From a virus: a stretch of DNA of 64,000 nt. Of this stretch, positions 34,848 through 44,103 are shown piece after piece (the first letter of the stretch is position 1; each line of letters starts with the position of its first letter). The position numbers were made by a program, and so were the translations under genes. The notes beneath the pieces were generated by a model. The model was not told the DNA's origin. It worked only from the letters and a program-made list of their open reading frames with translations, and did not search any database. The stretch is from positions 1 to 64,000 of IMG/VR virus record IMGVR_UViG_3300033145_001595; one strand, 5' to 3'.

Positions 34848-35396
34848 ATGGATATAAATGATTCTACTATTGACCTTGAATGTATAGAGTATGATCCAAT
34901 TAATTTTTTACAAGGGCTAAAAATTAACCTAAATGCTTTACATGAAGATATGGCTGAACATTCTTCTTTAGTTGAAAAAGTTGGAAACTTACTAGCTACA
35001 GCAAAGCTAAATGTAGCAAAAGTAAAAATAAATAGAGATTTACGACGAGCAGAAATAGGTCTACGAATCAGAGCAAATCCAGAAACATTTAGTTTAACAA
35101 AAGCAACAGAAGGAGCCATAAATCAATGTGTTGAAGTTGAAACAAAACAATATGACTTAGAATTAGCAGAACATACTAATGTGCGTGACAAGTTAGAAGC
35201 ACTGGCAACTGCATTTGAACATAGGCGTTCTATGTTAAATAACGAAGTTAGTCTTTTCAATGCTTCCTATTGGGGAACAAGCGATGTATCCGGTGGAGCG
35301 AAGGAAGAAAAGAATTCAGGTATGATTGACAAAATACGAAAAGTACGTGGAGGAGAAGATATAGTAAAAGGCGGAATACGGCATAGAATATCTTAG
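34848..35396 (+). CDS. coiled-coil protein, possibly UvsY-like
   Basis: helical; KATEGAI...ALATAFEHRRSML; follows SSB. Confidence 0.5.
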   Translation: MDINDSTIDLECIEYDPINFLQGLKINLNALHEDMAEHSSLVEKVGNLLATAKLNVAKVKINRDLRRAEIGLRIRANPETFSLTKATEGAINQCVEVETKQYDLELAEHTNVRDKLEALATAFEHRRSMLNNEVSLFNASYWGTSDVSGGAKEEKNSGMIDKIRKVRGGEDIVKGGIRHRIS

Positions 35397-35406
35397 GAGA
35401 AAACCA

Positions 35407-36363
35407 ATGGGTAATTTAGAGCAAAGAGGTATGTACAACGAAATATCTGGCAAGCTACTAAGCTACCCTAAAGTTTGGGCGCTTGGGCATCCTAAAGTAG
35501 CAGAAGTATTCCAAGACCCTGTAGAAGTACAGGAAAAGTTAGATGGGTCACAATTTAGCTTTGCAGAATTTAGTGGTGGGCGACTTTGGATACGTTCTAA
35601 AAATGCAGTCATTGACCCAAACAACCCACCGGAGATGTTCGCTAAGGCGGTTGCAACAATATGTAAAGCGTCTGAGGATAAAAATTTAATGCCTGATGTA
35701 ATCTATCGTGCAGAGGCTTTTAGAGGCCCACATCACAATCATTTGACTTATGATAGAGTACCTGAAGGTAACATGGCGCTATTTGATGTTATGACTGGTA
35801 TTGAAACATATTGTTCATATGAAATGATGAAATCTTTAGCTCTTAAAATGGGAATAGAGGCTACAAGAAGTTTTGGTATTCGTACTATTACCGCCTTATC
35901 AGATATTGAGTATTTGTTAAAAGAAATTAGTATACTAGGTGGACCACAAATAGAGGGCTTAGTTTTCAAAAGTTTTACTTTATTTACTGATACAGGTAAA
36001 CCAATGTTTGCAAAATTGGTACGTCCAGAATTCAAAGAAAGACAAAGAGTATCTTGGAAAACAGCAAACCCAGGACCAGTTGACATTATAAATAAAATAG
36101 CTGATACTTTTTCTACTGAACCAAGATGGCGTAAGTCTGTGCAACATCTTAATGAATCAGGAAAATTAGAACATGCCCCAAAGGACATTGGAATACTTAT
36201 TAAAACTTTGACAAATGATGTTAAAGAAGAATGTGAAGAAGAAATAAAAACTGCTTTGTTTAATTGGGCTTGGGGTAAAATTAAACGCCGTATAACCAGA
36301 AATGTGCCAGAATGGTACAAAGAACTTCTCTTGAAGCAGCAATTTGAAAGGAAAGAAGAATAA
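35407..36363 (+). CDS. ATP-dependent RNA ligase family nucleotidyltransferase
   Basis: motifs EKLDGSQ (I), RAE (III), LFDV (IIIa), EGLVFK (IV), AKLVRPEFKE (V). Confidence 0.75.
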   Translation: MGNLEQRGMYNEISGKLLSYPKVWALGHPKVAEVFQDPVEVQEKLDGSQFSFAEFSGGRLWIRSKNAVIDPNNPPEMFAKAVATICKASEDKNLMPDVIYRAEAFRGPHHNHLTYDRVPEGNMALFDVMTGIETYCSYEMMKSLALKMGIEATRSFGIRTITALSDIEYLLKEISILGGPQIEGLVFKSFTLFTDTGKPMFAKLVRPEFKERQRVSWKTANPGPVDIINKIADTFSTEPRWRKSVQHLNESGKLEHAPKDIGILIKTLTNDVKEECEEEIKTALFNWAWGKIKRRITRNVPEWYKELLLKQQFERKEE

Positions 36364-36691
36364 TGAGCATTCGAGTTCATCCAAAAAATCCTAAAATTGG
36401 AACAGTCGGCATATTTTCGGAAGATGATGTGCAACTAAAAGTCCAATTAGTCGATGACAGTTCGGACGACGAGGCCATTCAATACTCTTTTAAGATACTG
36501 AAGATAGTACAACGTAGCCACATCTACAAAAACAGCGGACAAGTCGGAGAAACCTTCTCTGTATTCGCTGTACGAGGCGACTATGCCTATAGTGGCATGT
36601 GGTGCTTCAAAGTTCTAGAAGAAAAAATGAGATGAATAAAATACTAAAACTTCTCTTGAAGCAACAATTTGAAAGGAAAGAAGAATAATGA
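36323..36691 (+). repeat. 44-bp direct repeat (36323-36366 and 36648-36691) flanking one gene
   Basis: aacttctcttgaagcaRcaatttgaaaggaaagaagaataatga, one mismatch. Confidence 0.9.
36363..36635 (+). CDS. hypothetical protein
   Basis: lies between the direct repeats. Confidence 0.6.
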   Translation: MSIRVHPKNPKIGTVGIFSEDDVQLKVQLVDDSSDDEAIQYSFKILKIVQRSHIYKNSGQVGETFSVFAVRGDYAYSGMWCFKVLEEKMR

Positions 36692-36936
36692 TTAACTTCA
36701 GACAAAAAGGTACAGATATTATTATAGATGTAAAAACAGGTACAGATATACCTAAAAGTTTATGGCATTTTTATTTTAATGTAAAATATGAAGCTGCTGC
36801 TTCAATTGTAGTTAATTATCTAAATCAACGATTATGGAATCTAGTAAGAACAGCACGGCAGAACGCATATGAAAAGGGTTATCAAGCTGGACGTAACCAT
36901 ACAAAACGGCAAACATACTTTGACGGAAATCTTTAA
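36688..36936 (+). CDS. hypothetical protein
   Basis: AYEKGYQAG motif; RBS supplied by the repeat. Confidence 0.6.
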   Translation: MINFRQKGTDIIIDVKTGTDIPKSLWHFYFNVKYEAAASIVVNYLNQRLWNLVRTARQNAYEKGYQAGRNHTKRQTYFDGNL

Positions 36937-36948
36937 AAAGGAAGTATA

Positions 36949-37323
36949 ATGAGTGATCTTGACGAGAAGCGGCTGGCGAAGGTGTGTCCGGGGGCGGCGA
37001 AGGTTTACTGGCGCACAAAGGGGGAGCCCAGGACCGTGACACTAGGCGGATATGTCTGGATCGGAGTAAACGAGGTGCGGGCCATCGGCAAGCGGCTGGT
37101 AGAGTTGGCGGACGAGCGGGATAGCGCATCGTATTTGGCGAAAGCTGCTGCTGACAGACTCGATCACAAGATGGTGGCCCTTGCCGAACGTGAGCGCGAC
37201 GCTGCCCTTGCTAGCGCGAAAAAGGCCAAAACAGAATGTGAACAACTAAAAAAGGAAATTATATATCTTACACGAATACAATGTGAAATAAATGCTATAA
37301 TCTTTAACAAAGAAAATACATAA
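36949..37323 (+). CDS. hypothetical protein
   Basis: GC-rich 5' part; coiled-coil C-terminus. Confidence 0.55.
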   Translation: MSDLDEKRLAKVCPGAAKVYWRTKGEPRTVTLGGYVWIGVNEVRAIGKRLVELADERDSASYLAKAAADRLDHKMVALAERERDAALASAKKAKTECEQLKKEIIYLTRIQCEINAIIFNKENT

Positions 37324-37324
37324 T

Positions 37325-38380
37325 ATGGAAAAAAGACGAACAAATAAAAATATTACAGATGTTATAGAAAAATCAAACCTAGTAATTCCAGATATTGAAC
37401 GGGTAAATGAAATACAACCACCAACAGCATTCCTAAGCACAGGTTGTACCATACTAGACCTTGCTATTGCCAATCAGCTACCCGGAGGCTTCGCTGTAGG
37501 GCGCGTATCCCACATATACGGACCTGAGTCTACAGCAAAGAGTGTTATCGCCCAAGAGCCTCTAGGGGATGCTCAAAGAAGGGGGGGAGAAGCTTGGTTT
37601 GAAGATGTTGAATGGACGCTTGACGGGGATAGATCACCTTTGTTTGGACTTGATACAAATAGTTCTACATTTCACTATGAACATCCTGAAACAATAGGTG
37701 AATTATTTGATAAAATGATAAATACTGCCCTAAAAGAACGTACAACAGATTCACCACCAGGGGCAATGGCAATAGATAGTCTTAGTGCATTGCCGAGTGA
37801 AATAGAAATAAAAGAGGATGTGGAAAAATCAGGATATGGAACGACACGAGCAAGACAACTTAGTAAAGCATTCAGAAAATACTTATGGAAATTAAGTCAA
37901 GCAAACATGGCTCTTCTATTCATTGACCAAACACGCGACGATATAGTAGGATTTGGCAAGTACACAGTATCCGGGGGGAAGGCGCTACGATTTTATTCGT
38001 CAACAAGACTATTACTTGAACATGCTCTTAGACTAAAAAATAAGAATGAACGTGTAATAGGAGTAAAGATACGATTTTCTGTAGAGAAAAATAAAATTGC
38101 TCCTCCATTTAGACAAGGAACATTTAGGCTTTTATTTGATTATGGTATAGACGATATTGGTACAAATCTTGAATGGCTCAAAGAAAATTACCCAACTGAG
38201 GACAAAGTAAAAAAAGGAGCTTGGTATCCATTTGGTGAGAAAAAATTAGGACCAGGATTAAACAAGGCATGTAAGACTATAGAAGATAATAACCTAGAGG
38301 AAGAACTAAGACAGGAGGTTTATCGTGTCTGGAAAGAAGTCTACAGAACCGCAGAACGAAAGACAAAGCAACGAGAATAA
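37325..38380 (+). CDS. recA: RecA/UvsX-like recombinase
   Basis: STG...LDLAI, GPESTAKS, IDSLSAL, SGGKALRFYSS.R, KNKIAPPF. Confidence 0.9.
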   Translation: MEKRRTNKNITDVIEKSNLVIPDIERVNEIQPPTAFLSTGCTILDLAIANQLPGGFAVGRVSHIYGPESTAKSVIAQEPLGDAQRRGGEAWFEDVEWTLDGDRSPLFGLDTNSSTFHYEHPETIGELFDKMINTALKERTTDSPPGAMAIDSLSALPSEIEIKEDVEKSGYGTTRARQLSKAFRKYLWKLSQANMALLFIDQTRDDIVGFGKYTVSGGKALRFYSSTRLLLEHALRLKNKNERVIGVKIRFSVEKNKIAPPFRQGTFRLLFDYGIDDIGTNLEWLKENYPTEDKVKKGAWYPFGEKKLGPGLNKACKTIEDNNLEEELRQEVYRVWKEVYRTAERKTKQRE

Positions 38381-38741
38381 TGAAAAAGAAATTTCCGAAG
38401 AACTTGTAATGAAACTATTATCTATGCAATCTAGTGAAACTGAGGAAAAAGAAATAAGTTCCGATTTGCCTTCAGTAAATATATTAAAACACATAATTCT
38501 AAAATGGTGTGGTGATGTTGCTATTACATGGTTATTTGGTGAGGGAGATGGACCATTTGGAGAATTTCATGCACTTATATGGGATAAAGCTACGTATAAA
38601 AATAAAACAGTCATTAAGTTTATAACAAAACCAGAAGAACTGACCCATGATTTTAAAGGTACAAATTCACAAGGCAACTTAATGGGAGGATTTACGCCGG
38701 AATGTTGGTTAGTTAAAAAGGAAGAAGGTGAGAAATACTAA
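38325..38741 (+). CDS. hypothetical protein
   Basis: packed in operon. Confidence 0.5.
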   Translation: MSGKKSTEPQNERQSNENNEKEISEELVMKLLSMQSSETEEKEISSDLPSVNILKHIILKWCGDVAITWLFGEGDGPFGEFHALIWDKATYKNKTVIKFITKPEELTHDFKGTNSQGNLMGGFTPECWLVKKEEGEKY

Positions 38742-39331
38742 TGGCTATTCTAAAACCAATAGTATTTATGGGTATTGATCCAGGACTTGATGGAGCTTTA
38801 GTAGTAATTAGTGGAACAAAAATAGTTGCTAGTAGGGTTGTACCAATAATTGCACCGTTTACAACCAAAAAAAGCAAAACAAAAAAAAGGGACTATAACT
38901 TACGTGGAATGGTAGAAATAGTAAACAATATAAAAAAAGAATATACTATTGCCTTAACTGTTTTAGAAAAAGGTCGTGCAATGCCAGGACAAGGAGTAAC
39001 TTCAATGTTTCGTTTTGGCATGGGATGTGGTATATGGATAGGCATTCTAAGTGCTCTTAATATTCCTTTTATCGAAGTTGTACCTAGTGTATGGCATAAA
39101 ACTATATGTGCAGGAATTAGTGGGGATGCAAAAATAAAAGCATACCATGTAGCTTCAAACCGATTTCCAAATAACGATTTCACAAAATCAAATAGGGCTC
39201 GTACACCACATTCCGGGAAGGTTGATGCTACTTGTATAGCTCTTTATGCAAAAAATGTATTTGGTTTTACAACAGAACTTGACGAAGCTTACCCACCAGA
39301 AGAAATAGTAAGAAGGGCAAAAAAATGTTAA
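38741..39331 (+). CDS. RuvC-like Holliday junction resolvase
   Basis: GIDPGLDGA, VLE, GVTSMFRFG, VPSVW, DA..IA. Confidence 0.85.
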   Translation: MAILKPIVFMGIDPGLDGALVVISGTKIVASRVVPIIAPFTTKKSKTKKRDYNLRGMVEIVNNIKKEYTIALTVLEKGRAMPGQGVTSMFRFGMGCGIWIGILSALNIPFIEVVPSVWHKTICAGISGDAKIKAYHVASNRFPNNDFTKSNRARTPHSGKVDATCIALYAKNVFGFTTELDEAYPPEEIVRRAKKC

Positions 39332-39412
39332 AAAGTGTAATCAAATATAACAATAATAATTGCAAAGTATCTATTACCGTAATTACTATTAAATATAAAT
39401 AAGGAAATAAAT

Positions 39413-40258
39413 ATGTACACTTGGCGCAAAGACATAGCATCATGGCGAATGGGGCGGGCGCTCTATCTGAGTGTGCCGTTCACGTGGTTGCTTACCAAGG
39501 CGCGACACATGGCCCAACAGCACAAGGGGCCGGTATTCGCGGGCGGGCCAGCAGTGATGCTAATGCCGGACACCATGTGCGATGTGGCGGATATCGAAAC
39601 CCCACCGCCCGTACCGCCGATTATCATGCATAATCCGATGGCTACATTCACTACTAGAGGATGTCCGAACGCCTGTCCATTTTGTGCAGTACCAAAAATA
39701 GAGGGAAGTTTTCGTGAGTTACGCAACTGGCCAGTACGACCCATTGTATGTGATAATAACTTACTATCGTCAAGCCGAGTACACTTCGATCGAGTGATTA
39801 ATGCGCTAAAGACAATGCCGTGGGTAGACTTCAACCAGGGTTTGGACGCAAGGTTATTCAAGCCGCACCACGCCGACCGGCTGGCGGAACTGCGACACGT
39901 GAAGGTGCGGTTTGCGTTCGACCACAGAAGTACGGAGAACAAGGTGGCCGATGCGGTGGCCCTGACAAGACGGAAGGGCTTAAAGAATATTTCCATCTAC
40001 TGTCTGATAGGGTTCCGGGACACGCCGGAGGATGCGCGTTACCGGCTGGAGAAGGTGAGGAGTTGGGGAATACGACCGAATCCGATGCGGTATCAACCAC
40101 TGGATGCAATAAAAAAGAATAATTATGTAGCCCCTAATTGGACAGATTATGAATTATGTCGTATGATGCGATATTATAGTAGATTGTGTTGGTTAGAACA
40201 TATTCCGTATAAGGACTATAAACACACCGTAACAAAAACATTACTATTTAACCCCTAA
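39413..40258 (+). CDS. radical SAM protein
   Basis: TRGCPNACPFC; DNNL, DFNQGLDAR, RFAFD, YCLIGF. Confidence 0.9.
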   Translation: MYTWRKDIASWRMGRALYLSVPFTWLLTKARHMAQQHKGPVFAGGPAVMLMPDTMCDVADIETPPPVPPIIMHNPMATFTTRGCPNACPFCAVPKIEGSFRELRNWPVRPIVCDNNLLSSSRVHFDRVINALKTMPWVDFNQGLDARLFKPHHADRLAELRHVKVRFAFDHRSTENKVADAVALTRRKGLKNISIYCLIGFRDTPEDARYRLEKVRSWGIRPNPMRYQPLDAIKKNNYVAPNWTDYELCRMMRYYSRLCWLEHIPYKDYKHTVTKTLLFNP

Positions 40259-40295
40259 TAAGATTAAATATGCAGAACAAAAGGAATACAAGAAA

Positions 40296-41354
40296 ATGTT
40301 AAAAAGTATACAATTAGAAAACTTTCAAGACCATGAACAAACGAATATAAAATTTGATCCAATGATAACTGTCATAACCGGAAATAGTAATTCCGGTAAG
40401 ACTGCTATCATTCGTGGATTAGAGTGGGTTAGAACTAGCAGACCACGTGGTAATGCCATGATTAGGCATGGTAGTAATGGTAATTGTAAAGTAGTTATTA
40501 CTGTAAGTGATGTTAATGAAGAACAAGTTACAAGAGTAAAAAGTAAAAAGATAAATAGGTTTATTGTTGGTAACACAACCCTTAATGCCGTTGGCGCAAA
40601 TGTACCAAACGTTGTACAAGATATAATAAATCTTAATGATATAAACATACAACGACAGTTAAGTAGTCCATTTATGATTATGGATGCTCCTGGTCAAGTA
40701 GCAAAAATAATCAATAGTGCCATATCACTTGATGACATGACAGCTTGCCAAAGAGAGGCATCCAAACGATTAAATAAAGCTACCACTACATTGGAACAAA
40801 CAAAGAACCACGTAACAGACACAAAACAAGCAATTAAAGTTTTGTCCCCACAAGTAAAAAAAATGGCTTCATTGGTTGCAGCTTGTAAAAAGGCAAGAGT
40901 ATCATTAAATAATGTAGCTGTTACAATAAAGAAGTTGCGAAGTAAAATAGAAGATGTTAAAAAAATTAAAAGCCTGCTCCAAGACATTAACATAGTTGCA
41001 ATAACCGAAGTTATAGTTAAATGTGGAATACTTGTAAGTAATCATGATATAGTAGAAAAATTACAAAGTAGGATAGAGGATGTTAAAAAAGCTAAGAAAA
41101 GAATTAGTAACATTAACGTAACCACAGTAATCGAAGTTCCGGCTAGATGTGAGACGCTTATAAACAGTCATGTTATGGTAAAAACTCTAATACGCCTTAT
41201 ACATGATGGTAAGCAAGCATTCCAAGCAGAAAAAGAAGCTGAACATACTTCTGTAAGAAAAATTTCAGACGTTGGACGTAAACTAAATGGAGCCATATGT
41301 CCAACCTGCAATAGAACTATAGACATAGATACACTAGAACATATCTTAGAGTAA
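40296..41354 (+). CDS. SbcC/Rad50 N-terminal half
   Basis: LENFQDH, GNSNSGKT, coiled coil, terminal CPTC zinc hook. Confidence 0.85.
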   Translation: MLKSIQLENFQDHEQTNIKFDPMITVITGNSNSGKTAIIRGLEWVRTSRPRGNAMIRHGSNGNCKVVITVSDVNEEQVTRVKSKKINRFIVGNTTLNAVGANVPNVVQDIINLNDINIQRQLSSPFMIMDAPGQVAKIINSAISLDDMTACQREASKRLNKATTTLEQTKNHVTDTKQAIKVLSPQVKKMASLVAACKKARVSLNNVAVTIKKLRSKIEDVKKIKSLLQDINIVAITEVIVKCGILVSNHDIVEKLQSRIEDVKKAKKRISNINVTTVIEVPARCETLINSHVMVKTLIRLIHDGKQAFQAEKEAEHTSVRKISDVGRKLNGAICPTCNRTIDIDTLEHILE

Positions 41355-41401
41355 TCATTGTTGCACTACCTATGTGTGTAATACAGTAAAGAGAGGATAC
41401 A

Positions 41402-42397
41402 ATGAAAATAGGAATACTAGGGGATGTTCATGCAAGAATGCGACCACCCGGTGGGCGGGTGGAAAAAGATTGGTTTAGTCTATTCAAAGCTAAGTTTAGT
41501 GAGGCAATGGGTATTTTTGAAGAAAATGATTGTGGTGTAATTATACAACCTGGGGACTTATTTGATTCTCCTTCTCCCTCAAATGAAGTTACTCATTTCA
41601 TTATTAAACTTATAAAACGAGCAAACTTATTTGGTGGTCAAGAGTTTTTTACTGTACTCGGACAACATGATGTTCATTTCCATAATGTTGATTTTCCAAA
41701 CAAAACCACTACTGGTATTCTAGAAGCAGCCGGATGTGTTACTATACTAAACAATAAACCTGTTTCTGCGCTTGCTCCTGAATTTTCCAATATACATTTC
41801 TATGGAGCATCCTGGGGAATAGACCCACCAAAACTCAAACCGGGGGATACGGGTGGCGTAAACGTGTTAGTGGCTCATGCACACGTTGGGAATGTACCAT
41901 TGTTTCCGGGACACGTACTTGCTACACCAAGTCAGTACGCAAGGAAAAATAAAGATTTTGATTTGATATGTCTTGGTGACTATCATTATCCGTACAACTC
42001 AACAGTCAAGTGGAGGGGTGTTAGCAGAGTACCACAAACCTTTGTAATCAATGCTGGTTGTATGTTTAGAATGCGCAATACAGAACGAGAACAAAAACAT
42101 ATACCGTCTGTTATTATATTTGATACTGACACAGGAATAGCACACAAACATATTCTTGAATCAGCCCCGAAAGGAGACGTATTTGTGAGCACTGAAAATA
42201 ATAACAATGTTTCTGACCATCCTGCATTAGATGAATTCATTGCAGGATTATCAAAGCACAATGACGATTTATTTGGAGATGGTAAGAATCCCTTGTCATT
42301 TCATGTTAGGTTGGAAACAATTTTAGATAAAGAAAATGCAAGCAAAGAGGTAAGAGAAGAAGTATCAAAAATTCTAAAAGAGGTAGGAGCTAAATAA
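41402..42397 (+). CDS. SbcD/Mre11 metallophosphoesterase nuclease
   Basis: GDVH, GDLFD, GQHD, GDYH, NAG. Confidence 0.85.
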   Translation: MKIGILGDVHARMRPPGGRVEKDWFSLFKAKFSEAMGIFEENDCGVIIQPGDLFDSPSPSNEVTHFIIKLIKRANLFGGQEFFTVLGQHDVHFHNVDFPNKTTTGILEAAGCVTILNNKPVSALAPEFSNIHFYGASWGIDPPKLKPGDTGGVNVLVAHAHVGNVPLFPGHVLATPSQYARKNKDFDLICLGDYHYPYNSTVKWRGVSRVPQTFVINAGCMFRMRNTEREQKHIPSVIIFDTDTGIAHKHILESAPKGDVFVSTENNNNVSDHPALDEFIAGLSKHNDDLFGDGKNPLSFHVRLETILDKENASKEVREEVSKILKEVGAK

Positions 42398-42666
42398 TGT
42401 ATACGGTAAGACAAATAGAACAAATCAAAGAGGATGCTGCGGAAGCTATTAACTCTTACAACAGAGCCGTTGGCAGACATGAGGCTGCCGTAAAAAGTTT
42501 AGTAAGTTTCTTATCTGATAATAACATAGTAGACACTCCAACAGGTGAATTAAAGGAAGCAGAGGTCGCACTTGCTGTACTCACAGAGAAACTAGAGAAA
42601 GAAAGCAAAGCGTTTGAGGCACTTATCAAGGAAATAGATGAATTTAAAGAAACATTACCTGAGTAA
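42397..42666 (+). CDS. small coiled-coil protein
   Basis: heptad pattern; lies inside the Mre11/Rad50 locus. Confidence 0.6.
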   Translation: MYTVRQIEQIKEDAAEAINSYNRAVGRHEAAVKSLVSFLSDNNIVDTPTGELKEAEVALAVLTEKLEKESKAFEALIKEIDEFKETLPE

Positions 42667-42671
42667 ATAAA

Positions 42672-43331
42672 ATGACCAACAACATACAAACCAAAAGAAC
42701 TTTCTCTGAAATGTATAATTTTCTTGATACATTTGAAGATGACCTAAAAGAATCAAAAATAATGCTAAAATTGCTTAAAGAAAATTTAGGCAAAATGGAG
42801 GGTCAACTTACAAATCTTGAAAATACTGTAACCTATATCGAACAGGCGCGTGATTGCATCATGTTAGCAGTTGGTGCTACACAAACTGAAGTATGCGGTT
42901 TCATTGAAGATTTAGTAACTTTGGCTCTTCAATCTGTATTCGGACCTGAATATGGTTTCTGTTTAAAATTATCAGAAAAAAGAGGACAACTTGAAATAGA
43001 ACCTATTATTCTATGGCAAAATGATAAGTTTTCACCAAGAACGGATGTTGGAGGGGGTGTAATAGATGTTGTTAGCTTTGCAATGCGTATTGTTTTATGG
43101 GCACTTACAAATAACAAAACAAATCCAACATTTATATTAGACGAACCGTTCAAACATCTTAGTAGTGAATACGTGGAAGCAGCTTCCAGTATGCTTAGAA
43201 AGGTATCAAGTTTATTAAAAGTTCAAATAATCATGGTAAGCCATAATACTATGTTGACTGCCGCCGCCGATATGCATTATGCTGTAACTCGTTCAGGAAA
43301 GGGTATAGCAACAGTAGAACGAAAAAAGTAG
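42672..43331 (+). CDS. SbcC/Rad50 C-terminal half
   Basis: VGGG signature, ILDEPF Walker B, IMVSH. Confidence 0.85.
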   Translation: MTNNIQTKRTFSEMYNFLDTFEDDLKESKIMLKLLKENLGKMEGQLTNLENTVTYIEQARDCIMLAVGATQTEVCGFIEDLVTLALQSVFGPEYGFCLKLSEKRGQLEIEPIILWQNDKFSPRTDVGGGVIDVVSFAMRIVLWALTNNKTNPTFILDEPFKHLSSEYVEAASSMLRKVSSLLKVQIIMVSHNTMLTAAADMHYAVTRSGKGIATVERKK

Positions 43332-43344
43332 AAAGTGTTATGTA

Positions 43345-44103
43345 ATGGCGGGTAAACGACGGAAAACTACGGGGAGTCCCAAAACCCCACCAAAATCCCC
43401 AAAGACTGGTAGTAGCCGGAGAGTTCCCATCGCTCCCGGTTTAGAACAGTCTACTTCCGTCGAGCCCGCCCCATCTTTACAAGAACAAGAGCAAGAACAA
43501 AATGATGGTATTGTACAAGCCCTTTCTAATTCATCAAACATTATTGAACCCCCTATTGGACCTGTTGACCCTAACGATCCACCTATAAAAATGCCAAAAA
43601 CTTATTCAGCCGCTCGTATGTTAACAATACTTGAATCAATTGAAGGTGGACTAACATTAACTCATACATTAAGAGTACTAGGACTTACTAGAGTATTTGC
43701 ATATTGGCGAGAAAAAACACCAAAATTTATAGACGCTTTAATTGCTAGAGCAGAAAGTGTTTTTATAAAAACAAACATAGCTAGAATAAATAAAGCTGGT
43801 CAAAAATATTGGCAAGCAAATGCATGGTTACTTGAACGAAGATTCCCAAGTCAATTCTCACAGCAAAGAGGCGTCCCCGGAAAAGGTGGTGACAAGATAG
43901 GTCCAGTTAATATTGTATTTGTTTCCTCTGTTCCAAGACCCTATAAAACTATACAAAATCGTAGTAGACAATTTGGTGAACGTGGTAAAGGGCCAGAAGA
44001 GGTAGAAAATGAAAATAATGAGATTATGGAAATAATAGATGCTAACGCTAAAATAATAACTAATATTCCTAGACGTTCTTTACCAGAAGGTAATGAAGAA
44101 TAA
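43345..44103 (+). CDS. terminase small subunit (putative)
   Basis: WQANAWLLERRFP motif; directly upstream of TerL. Confidence 0.7.
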   Translation: MAGKRRKTTGSPKTPPKSPKTGSSRRVPIAPGLEQSTSVEPAPSLQEQEQEQNDGIVQALSNSSNIIEPPIGPVDPNDPPIKMPKTYSAARMLTILESIEGGLTLTHTLRVLGLTRVFAYWREKTPKFIDALIARAESVFIKTNIARINKAGQKYWQANAWLLERRFPSQFSQQRGVPGKGGDKIGPVNIVFVSSVPRPYKTIQNRSRQFGERGKGPEEVENENNEIMEIIDANAKIITNIPRRSLPEGNEE

